IMG/VR virus record: IMGVR_UViG_3300045391_004375
Coordinates: 1 to 64,000 of that record
Length of the DNA: 64,000 nucleotides
From: a virus
Taxonomy: Duplodnaviria; Caudoviricetes
Strand: one strand, 5' to 3'
Shown here: one piece after another, positions 37,120-45,007 of the stretch
Layout of the letters: each line of letters begins with the position of its first letter
How positions within the stretch are numbered: position 1 is the first letter of the stretch
Position numbers and translations under genes: made by a program
The notes under the pieces: generated by a model
Databases searched by the model: none
The model's input: the letters and a program-made list of their open reading frames with translations, nothing else
Told to the model about the DNA's origin: nothing

Positions 37120-38025
37120 ATGGCCACCACACACAAGAAGGCGCCCAGCAGCCGGGCGAAAGCCGTTGACCGGGCCCAGCCGCCCGCCGAATATCTGGAG
37201 TACGACGGGGTCACCGTCTCGATCGTGCTGGTCGACCCGGAGACCGCCCAGGACTGGCTGGACTTCAACCGGGACAACCGCCACGACCGGGACGCCAACG
37301 TCGAGGCGTTCGCCCGGGACATGGCCGCCGGCCGGTGGAACTGGCAGGCCGACCCGATCCGGTTCTCCAAGACCGATCGGCTCCTCGACGGCCAGCACCG
37401 CCTGAAAGGCATCATCAAGTCCGGCACCACCCAGCCGGTCCTGCTGGTGGAGGGCCTGGACGACCCCACCCAGGACACGATGGACACCGGCGCGCCCCGC
37501 CGGTTCGCCGACGTGCTGCGCATCCACGGCGAGTCCAACACCAACCTGCTCAGTGCGGTGGTTCGCCGGCTGTGGCTGTTGGAGCGGGGCCTGCCCGGGG
37601 ACAGCTCGACCAAGGCGAAGCTGACCCACGCCGAGCAGGCCGAGTTCCTCGACGCGCACCCGCTGATCCGCGATGCCGCCGAAGTGGCGCTACTGGCCCG
37701 TCGCGCCCGACTGCAGATCGCGTCCAGCGTGATCGGGGCGGCCTGGTACGTGTGCGCCGAACGGTCCCGGCCGGCGGCCGACGACTTCTTCATCGAGCGG
37801 CTGATCAACAAGGTGGGTCGGGAGGCCGGTGACGCGGCCACCCTGCTGGAGCGCAAGTTCAACATCGAGCACTCCGACGAGCTGCGCCGCAACATCGACC
37901 CGGAGGCCGGGTTCCGGTACACCATCCACGCGTGGAACCTGTACCGGCAGGGCCGCACCGGCATGACGAAGTTCCAGGGCCCGAAAGGTGGCTGGCCGCC
38001 GATCACCGAGATGAAGGTGCTGTAG
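37120..38025 (+). CDS. ParB/Srx-like N-terminal domain protein
   Basis: VDPETAQDWL..NR..ARDMAAGRW..LLDGQHRL..DTMDTG. Confidence 0.7.
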   Translation: MATTHKKAPSSRAKAVDRAQPPAEYLEYDGVTVSIVLVDPETAQDWLDFNRDNRHDRDANVEAFARDMAAGRWNWQADPIRFSKTDRLLDGQHRLKGIIKSGTTQPVLLVEGLDDPTQDTMDTGAPRRFADVLRIHGESNTNLLSAVVRRLWLLERGLPGDSSTKAKLTHAEQAEFLDAHPLIRDAAEVALLARRARLQIASSVIGAAWYVCAERSRPAADDFFIERLINKVGREAGDAATLLERKFNIEHSDELRRNIDPEAGFRYTIHAWNLYRQGRTGMTKFQGPKGGWPPITEMKVL

Positions 38026-38112
38026 CCCGCCACCCACGGCCCGGATACCCTCGACGGCGCGGCCCGCTCCCCCAACCGGGCGGGCCGCGCCTGCCACGTA
38101 AGGAGCCACCAC

Positions 38113-38685
38113 ATGCCGACCACATACCAGCTTGACCTGCTCGACGCCGACCGCGAGCAGCACGCCCGGGAGTTCCGCGAGCGCACGCGAGACATGCTCA
38201 CGTTCCGACTGCTCGTCACTGGGTGGCGTGGCTGGCCGGAAGGCGACGCCCGGTATGTGACCGACGCAGTCCGGGAGGCGCTCGACCCGTACCGGCTGCC
38301 GCTGGTATCCCGGCGGATCGTCGTGCACGGCGCTTGTCCCACCGGTGTCGATGCGATCGTGGACCGGTGGCTGCGCGACCGACCCATTCTGGGTGTCGAG
38401 CTGGAACGGCACCCCGCCAACTGGTCGCGCAACGGCCGGGCCGCCGGCCCGATCCGCAACACCGAAATGGTCAACCTGGGCGCCGACATGTGCCTGGCGT
38501 TCCCCGGCCCGGTCGAGCCGGGCGCCAAGCACCGCTTCGGCACCCGCGACTGCCTCGGCAAGGCCATCGACGCCGGCATCCCCTGCCGGGTGTCCCCCTA
38601 CGGCTGGTGGAACGGCCCGAAGGTGAAGACCGAGCCCACCGACGCCATCGACCGCACCACCAACCGAAAGGACGTGGCGGCATGA
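38113..38685 (+). CDS. DUF2493 / YspA-type SLOG family protein
   Basis: LVTGWRGW, VVHGACPTGVD, HPANW..GRAAGPIRNTEMV, LAFPG..GTRDC. Confidence 0.8.
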   Translation: MPTTYQLDLLDADREQHAREFRERTRDMLTFRLLVTGWRGWPEGDARYVTDAVREALDPYRLPLVSRRIVVHGACPTGVDAIVDRWLRDRPILGVELERHPANWSRNGRAAGPIRNTEMVNLGADMCLAFPGPVEPGAKHRFGTRDCLGKAIDAGIPCRVSPYGWWNGPKVKTEPTDAIDRTTNRKDVAA

Positions 38686-38975
38686 CGCTGCACGCGGCGC
38701 GACCCATCTGCTACATCTGGGAGCACGACAACGGACAGGCCAGCATCGACGAGCTGAACCAGTTCATGGAAGACCTCGGCCAGCTGGCCCGGGTCGGGGC
38801 CGACGACAGCGGCGGCTTCCGGGTCACCAACAACGTCGAGACGTGGCCGCTGGAGGATCTGCACACGCAGGACGCCGGCACTGTGCTGGTCGTGTACGTC
38901 GACCCGGGCCAGAACACGGCGTGGCTGCGCCCGGTGGCCACCCTGGAGGAGGCCCAGCTGCAGGTCGAGTCGTAA
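38682..38975 (+). CDS. hypothetical protein (paralog of 39077-39364)
   Basis: QASIDELN..WPL..QDAG. Confidence 0.6.
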   Translation: MTLHAARPICYIWEHDNGQASIDELNQFMEDLGQLARVGADDSGGFRVTNNVETWPLEDLHTQDAGTVLVVYVDPGQNTAWLRPVATLEEAQLQVES

Positions 38976-38991
38976 CCGCACGTGGACAGCA

Positions 38992-39024
38992 GAAAGGGCC
39001 GAGGTAAGCCCCCTCGGCCCTTTC
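38992..39024. terminator. bidirectional terminator
   Basis: 13-bp stem GAAAGGGCCGAGG/CCTCGGCCCTTTC between convergent genes. Confidence 0.7.
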
Positions 39025-39076
39025 CTTGTCCCGGCCCTGTCGAAGCACGGAAGGAGTGCGTCAACAGTAGCACGGA

Positions 39077-39364
39077 CTAGATGTCGTAGAGCTGTCGCAC
39101 CGCCTCGATGTCGGTGACGTCCGCTTCGATCCGCCAGCCACTCATGGTGGGCGCGATGAGGAGCATGACCCCAGCGGTCTGCTCCGGTGCACCGCCGAGC
39201 GGCCAGAGGCTGGTGTCGCCGGTGAACTTGTAGTGATCGCCGTCCACGTACTCGGCCGCCCCAGGCCCGGTGGCCAGTAGGGCGTTGAGTTCGTCGATGG
39301 ATTCCTGGGTGCCGTCGAAGCGGAACAGCACCGGCGACTTCGGGGTGAGGGTAGTGAGACTCAT
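39077..39364 (-). CDS. hypothetical protein (paralog of 38682-38975)
   Basis: QESIDELN..WPL..QTAG. Confidence 0.6.
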   Translation of the reverse strand: MSLTTLTPKSPVLFRFDGTQESIDELNALLATGPGAAEYVDGDHYKFTGDTSLWPLGGAPEQTAGVMLLIAPTMSGWRIEADVTDIEAVRQLYDI

Positions 39365-39454
39365 GGATGGAATCCTACCCGGCCCCGGCCGCTATGTCAC
39401 CCAACGTGATAGGATACGGTCATCCGTCCCCACCACTACGGAGAGCGAGAAACC

Positions 39455-39790
39455 ATGATCTACTCCCAGCTCCGGGCGACCGTCCACGCCGTCACCCGGG
39501 CGACCGCCCGTGCCCGCGCGGCCCTGCCCGTGCTGCCGCTGCTGGCCCTGACCGCCCTGTCCGGATGCTCCGGCGCGTCCACCGGCAAGCCCAACAGCCA
39601 GGCCGCCCAGGGCTACGCCGAACAGTTCCAGGCCTGGGTGCTGGCCAACCCGCACCTGGTGGCCGCCCTCGTCGTGACCATCATCGTGCTGGCCATCCTG
39701 GCCTGGGCCTGGAAGAGTTGGCCGGTGCGGATCATCGGGATTGCGATCATCGTCGCGGTCATCGCCTACACGGCCGGCACCCACCACTGA
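39455..39790 (+). CDS. lipoprotein with C-terminal TM helices
   Basis: lipobox LSGC; two TM. Confidence 0.65.
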   Translation: MIYSQLRATVHAVTRATARARAALPVLPLLALTALSGCSGASTGKPNSQAAQGYAEQFQAWVLANPHLVAALVVTIIVLAILAWAWKSWPVRIIGIAIIVAVIAYTAGTHH

Positions 39791-39795
39791 CCACG

Positions 39796-39954
39796 ATGGT
39801 TTCCTACCTGACCGGCTTGGCCGTGGTCTGTGTCAGCGCCCTCGTCTTCGGACTGTGGCGCCGGGCCAGCCCCGGCCAGATGGTCGCCCTGTGCGTAGTC
39901 ATGGGATGCGTGTACACCGTCATCGAGTTCTACCTGACGCTGCACCCGGCATAG
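39796..39954 (+). CDS. small membrane protein
   Basis: two TM. Confidence 0.55.
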   Translation: MVSYLTGLAVVCVSALVFGLWRRASPGQMVALCVVMGCVYTVIEFYLTLHPA

Positions 39955-40044
39955 CCGGTCCGCGACCCCTTCCGTGCCACCGCGTCGCACCCTACGCTCC
40001 GAGGCAACCATCGCATACACCACAGCCAATCCCCGGAGCGCGCC

Positions 40045-40149
40045 ATGGACGGCACTGTCTGCTTCATCCTGTTCATCGTGGCGGTCGTGGCCAGTCTGGC
40101 CACGATCAGCTTCGCCTTGAAGCGCTGGACCCAGGGCAAAGGCGACTGA
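40045..40149 (+). CDS. small membrane protein
   Basis: 34 aa, one TM. Confidence 0.45.
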   Translation: MDGTVCFILFIVAVVASLATISFALKRWTQGKGD

Positions 40150-40215
40150 GACGCTGACCACGGCCCGGCCCGCGTATGCTGGCCGGGCCGGATCCCTCGA
40201 CGGAAGGCCACCACC

Positions 40216-40674
40216 ATGACCGACCCCACCACCCCCGAACGCGCACCGGAACCCACCCCCGAGCCGTCGTCGGACGTCTCGGGGTGGCCGTTTCCGACCG
40301 CCCCGAACATCACCTTCCCGGACGACCTGGACCCCGCCATGGTCAGCCGGACCTGCGCGGAGAACGACACCCTGCTGGCCGAGCTGGGCGCGATGGGCAT
40401 CCGGGTCAACCTCTCCGACCTGATCATGTCGCGGCTGTTCCTGCTCACCGAATGGCTGCTGGGCAGGGCCGACGACTGCGACCGGCAGCGCTTCGAGTAC
40501 CACCTGGCGATGATCGTCCAGGAGCAGTTGCTGCGGGTCCGCGACCAGGCGCCCGGCCACATCGAGAAGGTGCAGGCCGAGGCCCGCCGGGCCGCCCTGC
40601 TGGACGGTGTACAGCTGCGGGCCACCCCCAACGGCGCCACCGTGCCGGTCGACGGCCGGCGGGGGCCGCAGTGA
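40216..40674 (+). CDS. hypothetical protein
   Basis: coding bias. Confidence 0.65.
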   Translation: MTDPTTPERAPEPTPEPSSDVSGWPFPTAPNITFPDDLDPAMVSRTCAENDTLLAELGAMGIRVNLSDLIMSRLFLLTEWLLGRADDCDRQRFEYHLAMIVQEQLLRVRDQAPGHIEKVQAEARRAALLDGVQLRATPNGATVPVDGRRGPQ

Positions 40675-41108
40675 CCGCCCCAGGACAGACCACCCCAGGA
40701 CAGCCGGAGCGGCTGGCGACCGGGTCCCCCCCGCTGCTGACCCCCGCCGAGCTGGCGGCGTGGTCCCTGACGGCTGCCGTGGAGGCCCTGGACGGCGCCC
40801 AGGCTGCCGAGCGGGCCACACTCAGCAACGGCGGTCTGGCCATCCCCCCGGGCGAGATGGGCATGGCCAACGGCATGCAGTTGGCCGGCCACCAGATTCC
40901 CCAGATCAAGGCGCACCTGGAGGCGGCGGCCCGGATCGAGGCGTTGATCTCGATCGCGGCCGGTTTCCAGGTGCTCAACGACCAGCTTGTGGCGCTGGGC
41001 GAGCAGTTCGCCAGCGCCGCCCAGGTGTGGGCCGACCTGGCCGCCACGCTGCGCGCGGACCGGAACGACCGGGCCACCGCACGGGCGTACGACCGGGGAC
41101 ACGGATGA
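40671..41108 (+). CDS. hypothetical helical protein
   Basis: operonic overlaps. Confidence 0.6.
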   Translation: MTAPGQTTPGQPERLATGSPPLLTPAELAAWSLTAAVEALDGAQAAERATLSNGGLAIPPGEMGMANGMQLAGHQIPQIKAHLEAAARIEALISIAAGFQVLNDQLVALGEQFASAAQVWADLAATLRADRNDRATARAYDRGHG

Positions 41109-41542
41109 TCACTATCACGCCCCGGGCGTTGGCGATGGTCCGCAGGGAAGCCCTGGCTGCGAGGCCGGCCGAGTGCTGCGGGGTGCTCTGCGCCCCCCGG
41201 GAGCAGCCCGACGACATCGCGGGCATCTGGCATTTGGAGAACGTGGCGGACAACCCGGAGTCCCGCTTCGAGACGCGCCCGGACGACCTGCTGTCGACGT
41301 GGCAGGCGATCGAGAACTACGGCCGGGTGGTGCGGGTGGTGTTCCACTCGCACGTACACGCCGGCCCGGAGCTGTCCCAGACCGACCTCAAGATGGCCCC
41401 GCCGGACGCCGAGCTGCTACACCTGGTGTACTCGGTCCGGGACGACCGGTTCGGCCTGTGGCGGGTCGCCGACGGGGCCGCCGAGCAGGTGGAATACAAG
41501 ATCGACTGCCAGGAGTGTGGTTTCCTGTCACCCAGGACTTGA
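41105..41542 (+). CDS. JAB/MPN (Mov34, M67-like) metallopeptidase
   Basis: PAECCGVL..LENV..VFHSHVHAGPELSQTD (E..HxH..S..D JAMM motif). Confidence 0.85.
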   Translation: MITITPRALAMVRREALAARPAECCGVLCAPREQPDDIAGIWHLENVADNPESRFETRPDDLLSTWQAIENYGRVVRVVFHSHVHAGPELSQTDLKMAPPDAELLHLVYSVRDDRFGLWRVADGAAEQVEYKIDCQECGFLSPRT

Positions 41543-41567
41543 CAAGCCAGTTGGCAGGAGGTAGTGT
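41539..41567 (+). promoter_or_regulatory. promoter with operator variant, upstream of RNA locus
   Basis: TTGACA-N17-TAGTGT; TGACAAGCCAGTTGGCA 41540-41556. Confidence 0.7.
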
Positions 41568-41966
41568 TTTCCTTGTTCGGCAGCGAGGCCCGCAGGGATC
41601 CGGCCAGAGTGCTGGGGAGCAGGCCGAACCGCAGGACGCAGAGCCCAGAGCAAGCCCAGCACCACCAGGACCCGGAACCACCACGCCGGCCACGGCCGAG
41701 CACATGAGCACGACTTGAGAATTCCACAGCTTCACCACGACGGGCATTGACTCGCTTCGCTGATTGACCGCGTCTCGGCGATATGCGACCCGCCCGTCCG
41801 CCCCGTCCGGGATCCGGCCCGGCATCCGTCCGATCGAGCGGACGGCGGGGTGCGCAACGGCCACGCCAAACCCTGCACCTTCTAGGGAAACAGTGGCAAG
41901 TGGGGCTTGACTTGTCGCCCTGCGCAGCAAGGAAGCAAGGCAACGGCACCAAAGGCCACGGTGTCG

Positions 41967-42112
41967 GTCCAGCGATTCAGTGATCGACCTGCAAGCGACG
42001 ACTAGTCGGGTGTGAGTCCCGACCTCCCAGGGCTACCTCAGCACGATCGAGGGTTAACGGGCGCGTGGACGAGAGTTGAGGTGTAAGCCGGGTGCGACTC
42101 CCGGGCTGGATG
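41967..42112 (+). ncRNA. tRNA-like element TL1 (acceptor + T arm closing 114-nt interior)
   Basis: GTCCAGC/GCTGGAT 7 bp; CCGGG-TGCGACT-CCCGG; internal second T-arm-like hairpin GTCGGG-TGTGAGT-CCCGAC. Confidence 0.5.
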
Positions 42113-42300
42113 CTCCAGGGGCCCCGAGTATGGGGGGCCCACAGCACAACGGATGGAAGTACCAGGGCGACGACCGCGACGGCGGCCGAAAGCAAGGAGC
42201 GCCTAGTCCAAGACCACCGGCCGGCCGGCGGTAGGTCAGGGGCGAAATCCGACAGCAGCGGTGCAGCCGTCGGGCGTGGGCTTCCATCCGGCACCACCAT

Positions 42301-42384
42301 TCCTCGATCGCGCTGTGCAGCGCGTGGCAGGGGCCTCGGACTCCGCGCGGAGCGAGGCTCGCGGTTCGATTCCGCATCGGGGAG
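42301..42384 (+). ncRNA. tRNA-like element TL2, no anticodon loop
   Basis: 8-bp acceptor TCCTCGAT/ATCGGGGA, GCGG-TTCGATT-CCGC; anticodon arm replaced by long stem with 4-nt loop. Confidence 0.55.
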
Positions 42385-42428
42385 CGTCAATAGGCACGGC
42401 GGTTCGCACCCGCACGGCCGGCAAGACA

Positions 42429-42525
42429 CCCTGATCACAGAGGTCTGTGCGGGATCCACGACTGGCGGAGGCGTCCGTTTCAGAATCGGAGACCGGCGTC
42501 GGGAGGTTCGAGTCCTCCCCAGGGA
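42429..42525 (+). tRNA. aberrant tRNA-Leu(CAG)-like element TL3
   Basis: T arm GGGAGG-TTCGAGT-CCTCCC, loop TTCAGAA, variable hairpin GAC/GTC; extra hairpin between short acceptor and D arm. Confidence 0.45.
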
Positions 42526-42526
42526 G

Positions 42527-43410
42527 CGAAGCGCGGCGGGCCTGACTGGGCCTCCGGCCTGCTGCGCTGCACGTCCCGCCAGGGACGGTCCCCCTTCCCG
42601 ATGGGTTTCGGGGGAGCCGACTTCGATGTCGGACGGGGCACGACGACGACGGACCTTGGTCCGGGGCAACCTGGACGCCTGGTGAAGTCGATCTGACGGC
42701 AGGGAACAGACCGCTGACGGCAGGGAACAGACCGCTACCTTTTCCGGTTTCGCGAGGTAAATCGGACGAGGGGCACTCCTCCCCCCGTGAGAACAGGGAG
42801 GTCGGCCACGGACACGGTGGTGGGGATCCCGATCCCCGGGATGTGTAGCGCGCACGGACCATATTGGGGGAACCGGATGGCGATAACCGCAGCGTACGGG
42901 CGGTAGGTCGCGCGGGAGCGAGACCCGATCCGGTTGCGGAGGGGGCGGCGAATACACCGACCGGCAGGCATACCGGGAGGTGCGCGGCAATGCCACCGCG
43001 TCCTGGCCTATCGGGTCGGGAGCAAGCCGCCCTGCTCGAAGACTTGTCCGTAGGCTCTCCACAGCAGAGCGAACGGAACGCCCTCCCCACGGCGTAGGTG
43101 GGGCCCGACCCCGGGGCAGATGGGGCAGGTCGGCAGCCGGCCGGGACCTGCGGAAGCGTCGCTGTGCACGGTGGCGTGGAAGGCATACGCGGGCAAGGCT
43201 CGGGACTCGCTGCGGGAATTCCCGGGCCACGGCACAACGAGGCGCCTACGAACCGCCGGGTGCGGCGGGAGTCGCAGAATGGCGTACCGCAGGGCACACA
43301 AAGCGTGAGGCCCTGACCGGGCCGAGCTGGCGGCGGGCGACTGCCCACCAGCAGGAGCCGCGCCGGGCGGCAGCTTCAAGCAGCGTGTACCTGTGCGCAC
43401 CCGGCACCCG
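42527..43410 (+). ncRNA. large ornate structured RNA candidate (GOLLD/ROOL-like size and context)
   Basis: no credible ORF; more than 15 hairpins found by eye, GNRA loops, long-range helices; bounded by tRNA-like elements. Confidence 0.55.
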
Positions 43411-43530
43411 GGGTTGGTAGCTCAACCGGTAGGGCGCAGGACTTGGCCGGCTGCATAGCAAAGGGTCCTGGCAAGGGTCGCGGAATCCTAGGTTCCGCAT
43501 GCCATGGAGGTTCGAGGCCTCCCCACCCCA
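43411..43530 (+). tRNA. aberrant tRNA-like element TL4 (Pro UGG-like, expanded anticodon loop and variable arm)
   Basis: GGGTTGG-TA-GCTC-AACCGGTA-GGGC, stem CAGGA/TCCTG with 24-nt loop, T arm GGAGG-TTCGAGG-CCTCC. Confidence 0.5.
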
Positions 43531-43541
43531 CAAACCCCCTG

Positions 43542-43617
43542 GGGGAGTAGCCCAACGGTAGAGGCTGGTTCGGACATGCCAAGTCCGTAGTACCCGGTTC
43601 GAGTCCGGGTCTCCCCA
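43542..43617 (+). tRNA. tRNA-Gly(GCC)-like, atypical D/anticodon junction (TL5)
   Basis: CGGAC-ATGCCAA-GTCCG, T arm CCCGG-TTCGAGT-CCGGG, acceptor GGGGAG/CTCCCC. Confidence 0.55.
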
Positions 43618-43852
43618 CGCGGTGATCACCGAAGTCGAGTCACGCGCGGGCGTGTTCCCCGCGTCGGTGCTCGGCGACGTGCGCGGCCACGAACCCGAGG
43701 CGGGGGGCGATGCATCCCCGACGGTAGCGGAGGGTCAGCGCCACCCTAAGTGCCCCTAGTCAAGGCGCAGGTACCCGGCACGCGACCGGGGAGCGGGCGG
43801 CGAGTAAGGTTCGTGGCCGCACACACCAAACCCACCACCAGGAGAAACCCCC

Positions 43853-44047
43853 ATGGGCCTGATCTTCAACCGCACCCCCCGCGAACCCCGCCACGAAAGC
43901 ACCACCGAAGGCCGCCGCAGCGGCCTGTTCCGACTGGCCCGGCGGGGCGGCTACCCGGCCGGCGACCAGCAGCGCTTTCGCCGGCTCAGCCGGGGGCGCG
44001 GCTCCTGGGAGGCCGGCGGCCGGGGCGACGGCGACAACAACCGGTAG
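43853..44047 (+). CDS. small basic hypothetical protein
   Basis: AGGAG RBS. Confidence 0.55.
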   Translation: MGLIFNRTPREPRHESTTEGRRSGLFRLARRGGYPAGDQQRFRRLSRGRGSWEAGGRGDGDNNR

Positions 44048-44058
44048 GGGAACACACC

Positions 44059-44145
44059 ATGAAGCGGCTTGTTTTGTACATCTTCGTCACCATTGCGGCC
44101 ATCGCCACCGGCGAAGCCCTGGTGCTGATCTTCCACCTCAAGTAG
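44059..44145 (+). CDS. small membrane peptide
   Basis: 28 aa hydrophobic. Confidence 0.5.
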   Translation: MKRLVLYIFVTIAAIATGEALVLIFHLK

Positions 44146-44171
44146 CCCATCCCACGATCGGAGACCACCAC

Positions 44172-44336
44172 ATGAACGGCTGGGCCCTCGCGCTCGGCAT
44201 CGGGGCGGCCATCCTCGGCGGCGTCAGCTACGCCCAGTTCCAGAAGCGCACCAACACGGCGTATGCCCTGCTGGGCATGGTCCTGGCGGTCGGTCTGGTC
44301 GTCGTCGCCTTCGGCTACTGGATCGGTGCCTGGTGA
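44172..44336 (+). CDS. small membrane protein
   Basis: two TM, GGAG RBS. Confidence 0.6.
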   Translation: MNGWALALGIGAAILGGVSYAQFQKRTNTAYALLGMVLAVGLVVVAFGYWIGAW

Positions 44337-44344
44337 CCCAACTC

Positions 44345-44485
44345 ATGCTTACCCTGTTGGCCATGGCCGCCCTCGTGGTCGGTATCGCCGGAGTGTTCCG
44401 CGCGAAAGGCACCGCCGGCTGGACCATCGCCTGGCTGCTGATCATCGGCGGCCTCGTCTTCGCCTACCTGGCGGCGACCGCATGA
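44345..44485 (+). CDS. small membrane protein
   Basis: two TM. Confidence 0.55.
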   Translation: MLTLLAMAALVVGIAGVFRAKGTAGWTIAWLLIIGGLVFAYLAATA

Positions 44486-44643
44486 TCATGGAAGTGCTGC
44501 TCGGCGTCGGGGTGTTCTGCCTGCTGGTCGGCTACGTGCGGATCAGCCGGGCCCAAGGTCACACCGGCCGGCTGCTCGGCTCCGCCCTGTTCATCATCGG
44601 CCTGCTGGACATCGGCTGGGCCTTCACCCACCTTTCCCTCTAA
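44482..44643 (+). CDS. small membrane protein
   Basis: two TM, ATGA overlap. Confidence 0.55.
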   Translation: MIMEVLLGVGVFCLLVGYVRISRAQGHTGRLLGSALFIIGLLDIGWAFTHLSL

Positions 44644-44665
44644 CACTGCTCTCGAAAGGCTGACC

Positions 44666-44881
44666 ATGATCCCCGACCCGTACGGGCTGGCCGGCTGGCT
44701 GCAGTTCCTGGCGCTGGTCGGATTCGCCCTGTTCAACACCCTCGCCCCGTTCGTCGCCCTGTGGCACGGCCTCGGCCCCGACCGGGCCGCCCTGCCCCAG
44801 CCGACCCCCCGCACGCTGACCACCCGGTCCGCCAGCATCGGCGCGGACGTGCCGGTCATCCCCGCGCTAGACTGGCTCTGA
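44666..44881 (+). CDS. small membrane protein
   Basis: N-terminal TM. Confidence 0.55.
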   Translation: MIPDPYGLAGWLQFLALVGFALFNTLAPFVALWHGLGPDRAALPQPTPRTLTTRSASIGADVPVIPALDWL

Positions 44882-45007
44882 CCTCCACTACAGATGGTGA
44901 GGGTTGGCTGAAGGGATCCCGGAACGGACCGCTGACCCGTTTCGGACACGCGCCCCGTGGGTACTCCCACGGGGCGTGCTGCATTCCCCAGACCAGGAGG
45001 ACCCCCC

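Noticed and set aside
42474-42490. Opal/Sec (TCA) anticodon in TL3
   Set aside because: Stem symmetry centres the 7-nt loop on CAG, not TCA
42693-42736. CRISPR array
   Set aside because: Only two adjacent copies with no spacer; the 31794 repeat has a 3-nt gap; no cas genes. The Cas4-like nuclease sits in a recombination module.
41570-43850. tmRNA, RNase P RNA or group II intron
   Set aside because: No tag ORF or G3-U70 alanyl stem with CCA, no GAGGAAAGUCC, no domain V/VI consensus seen by eye; a covariance search should confirm
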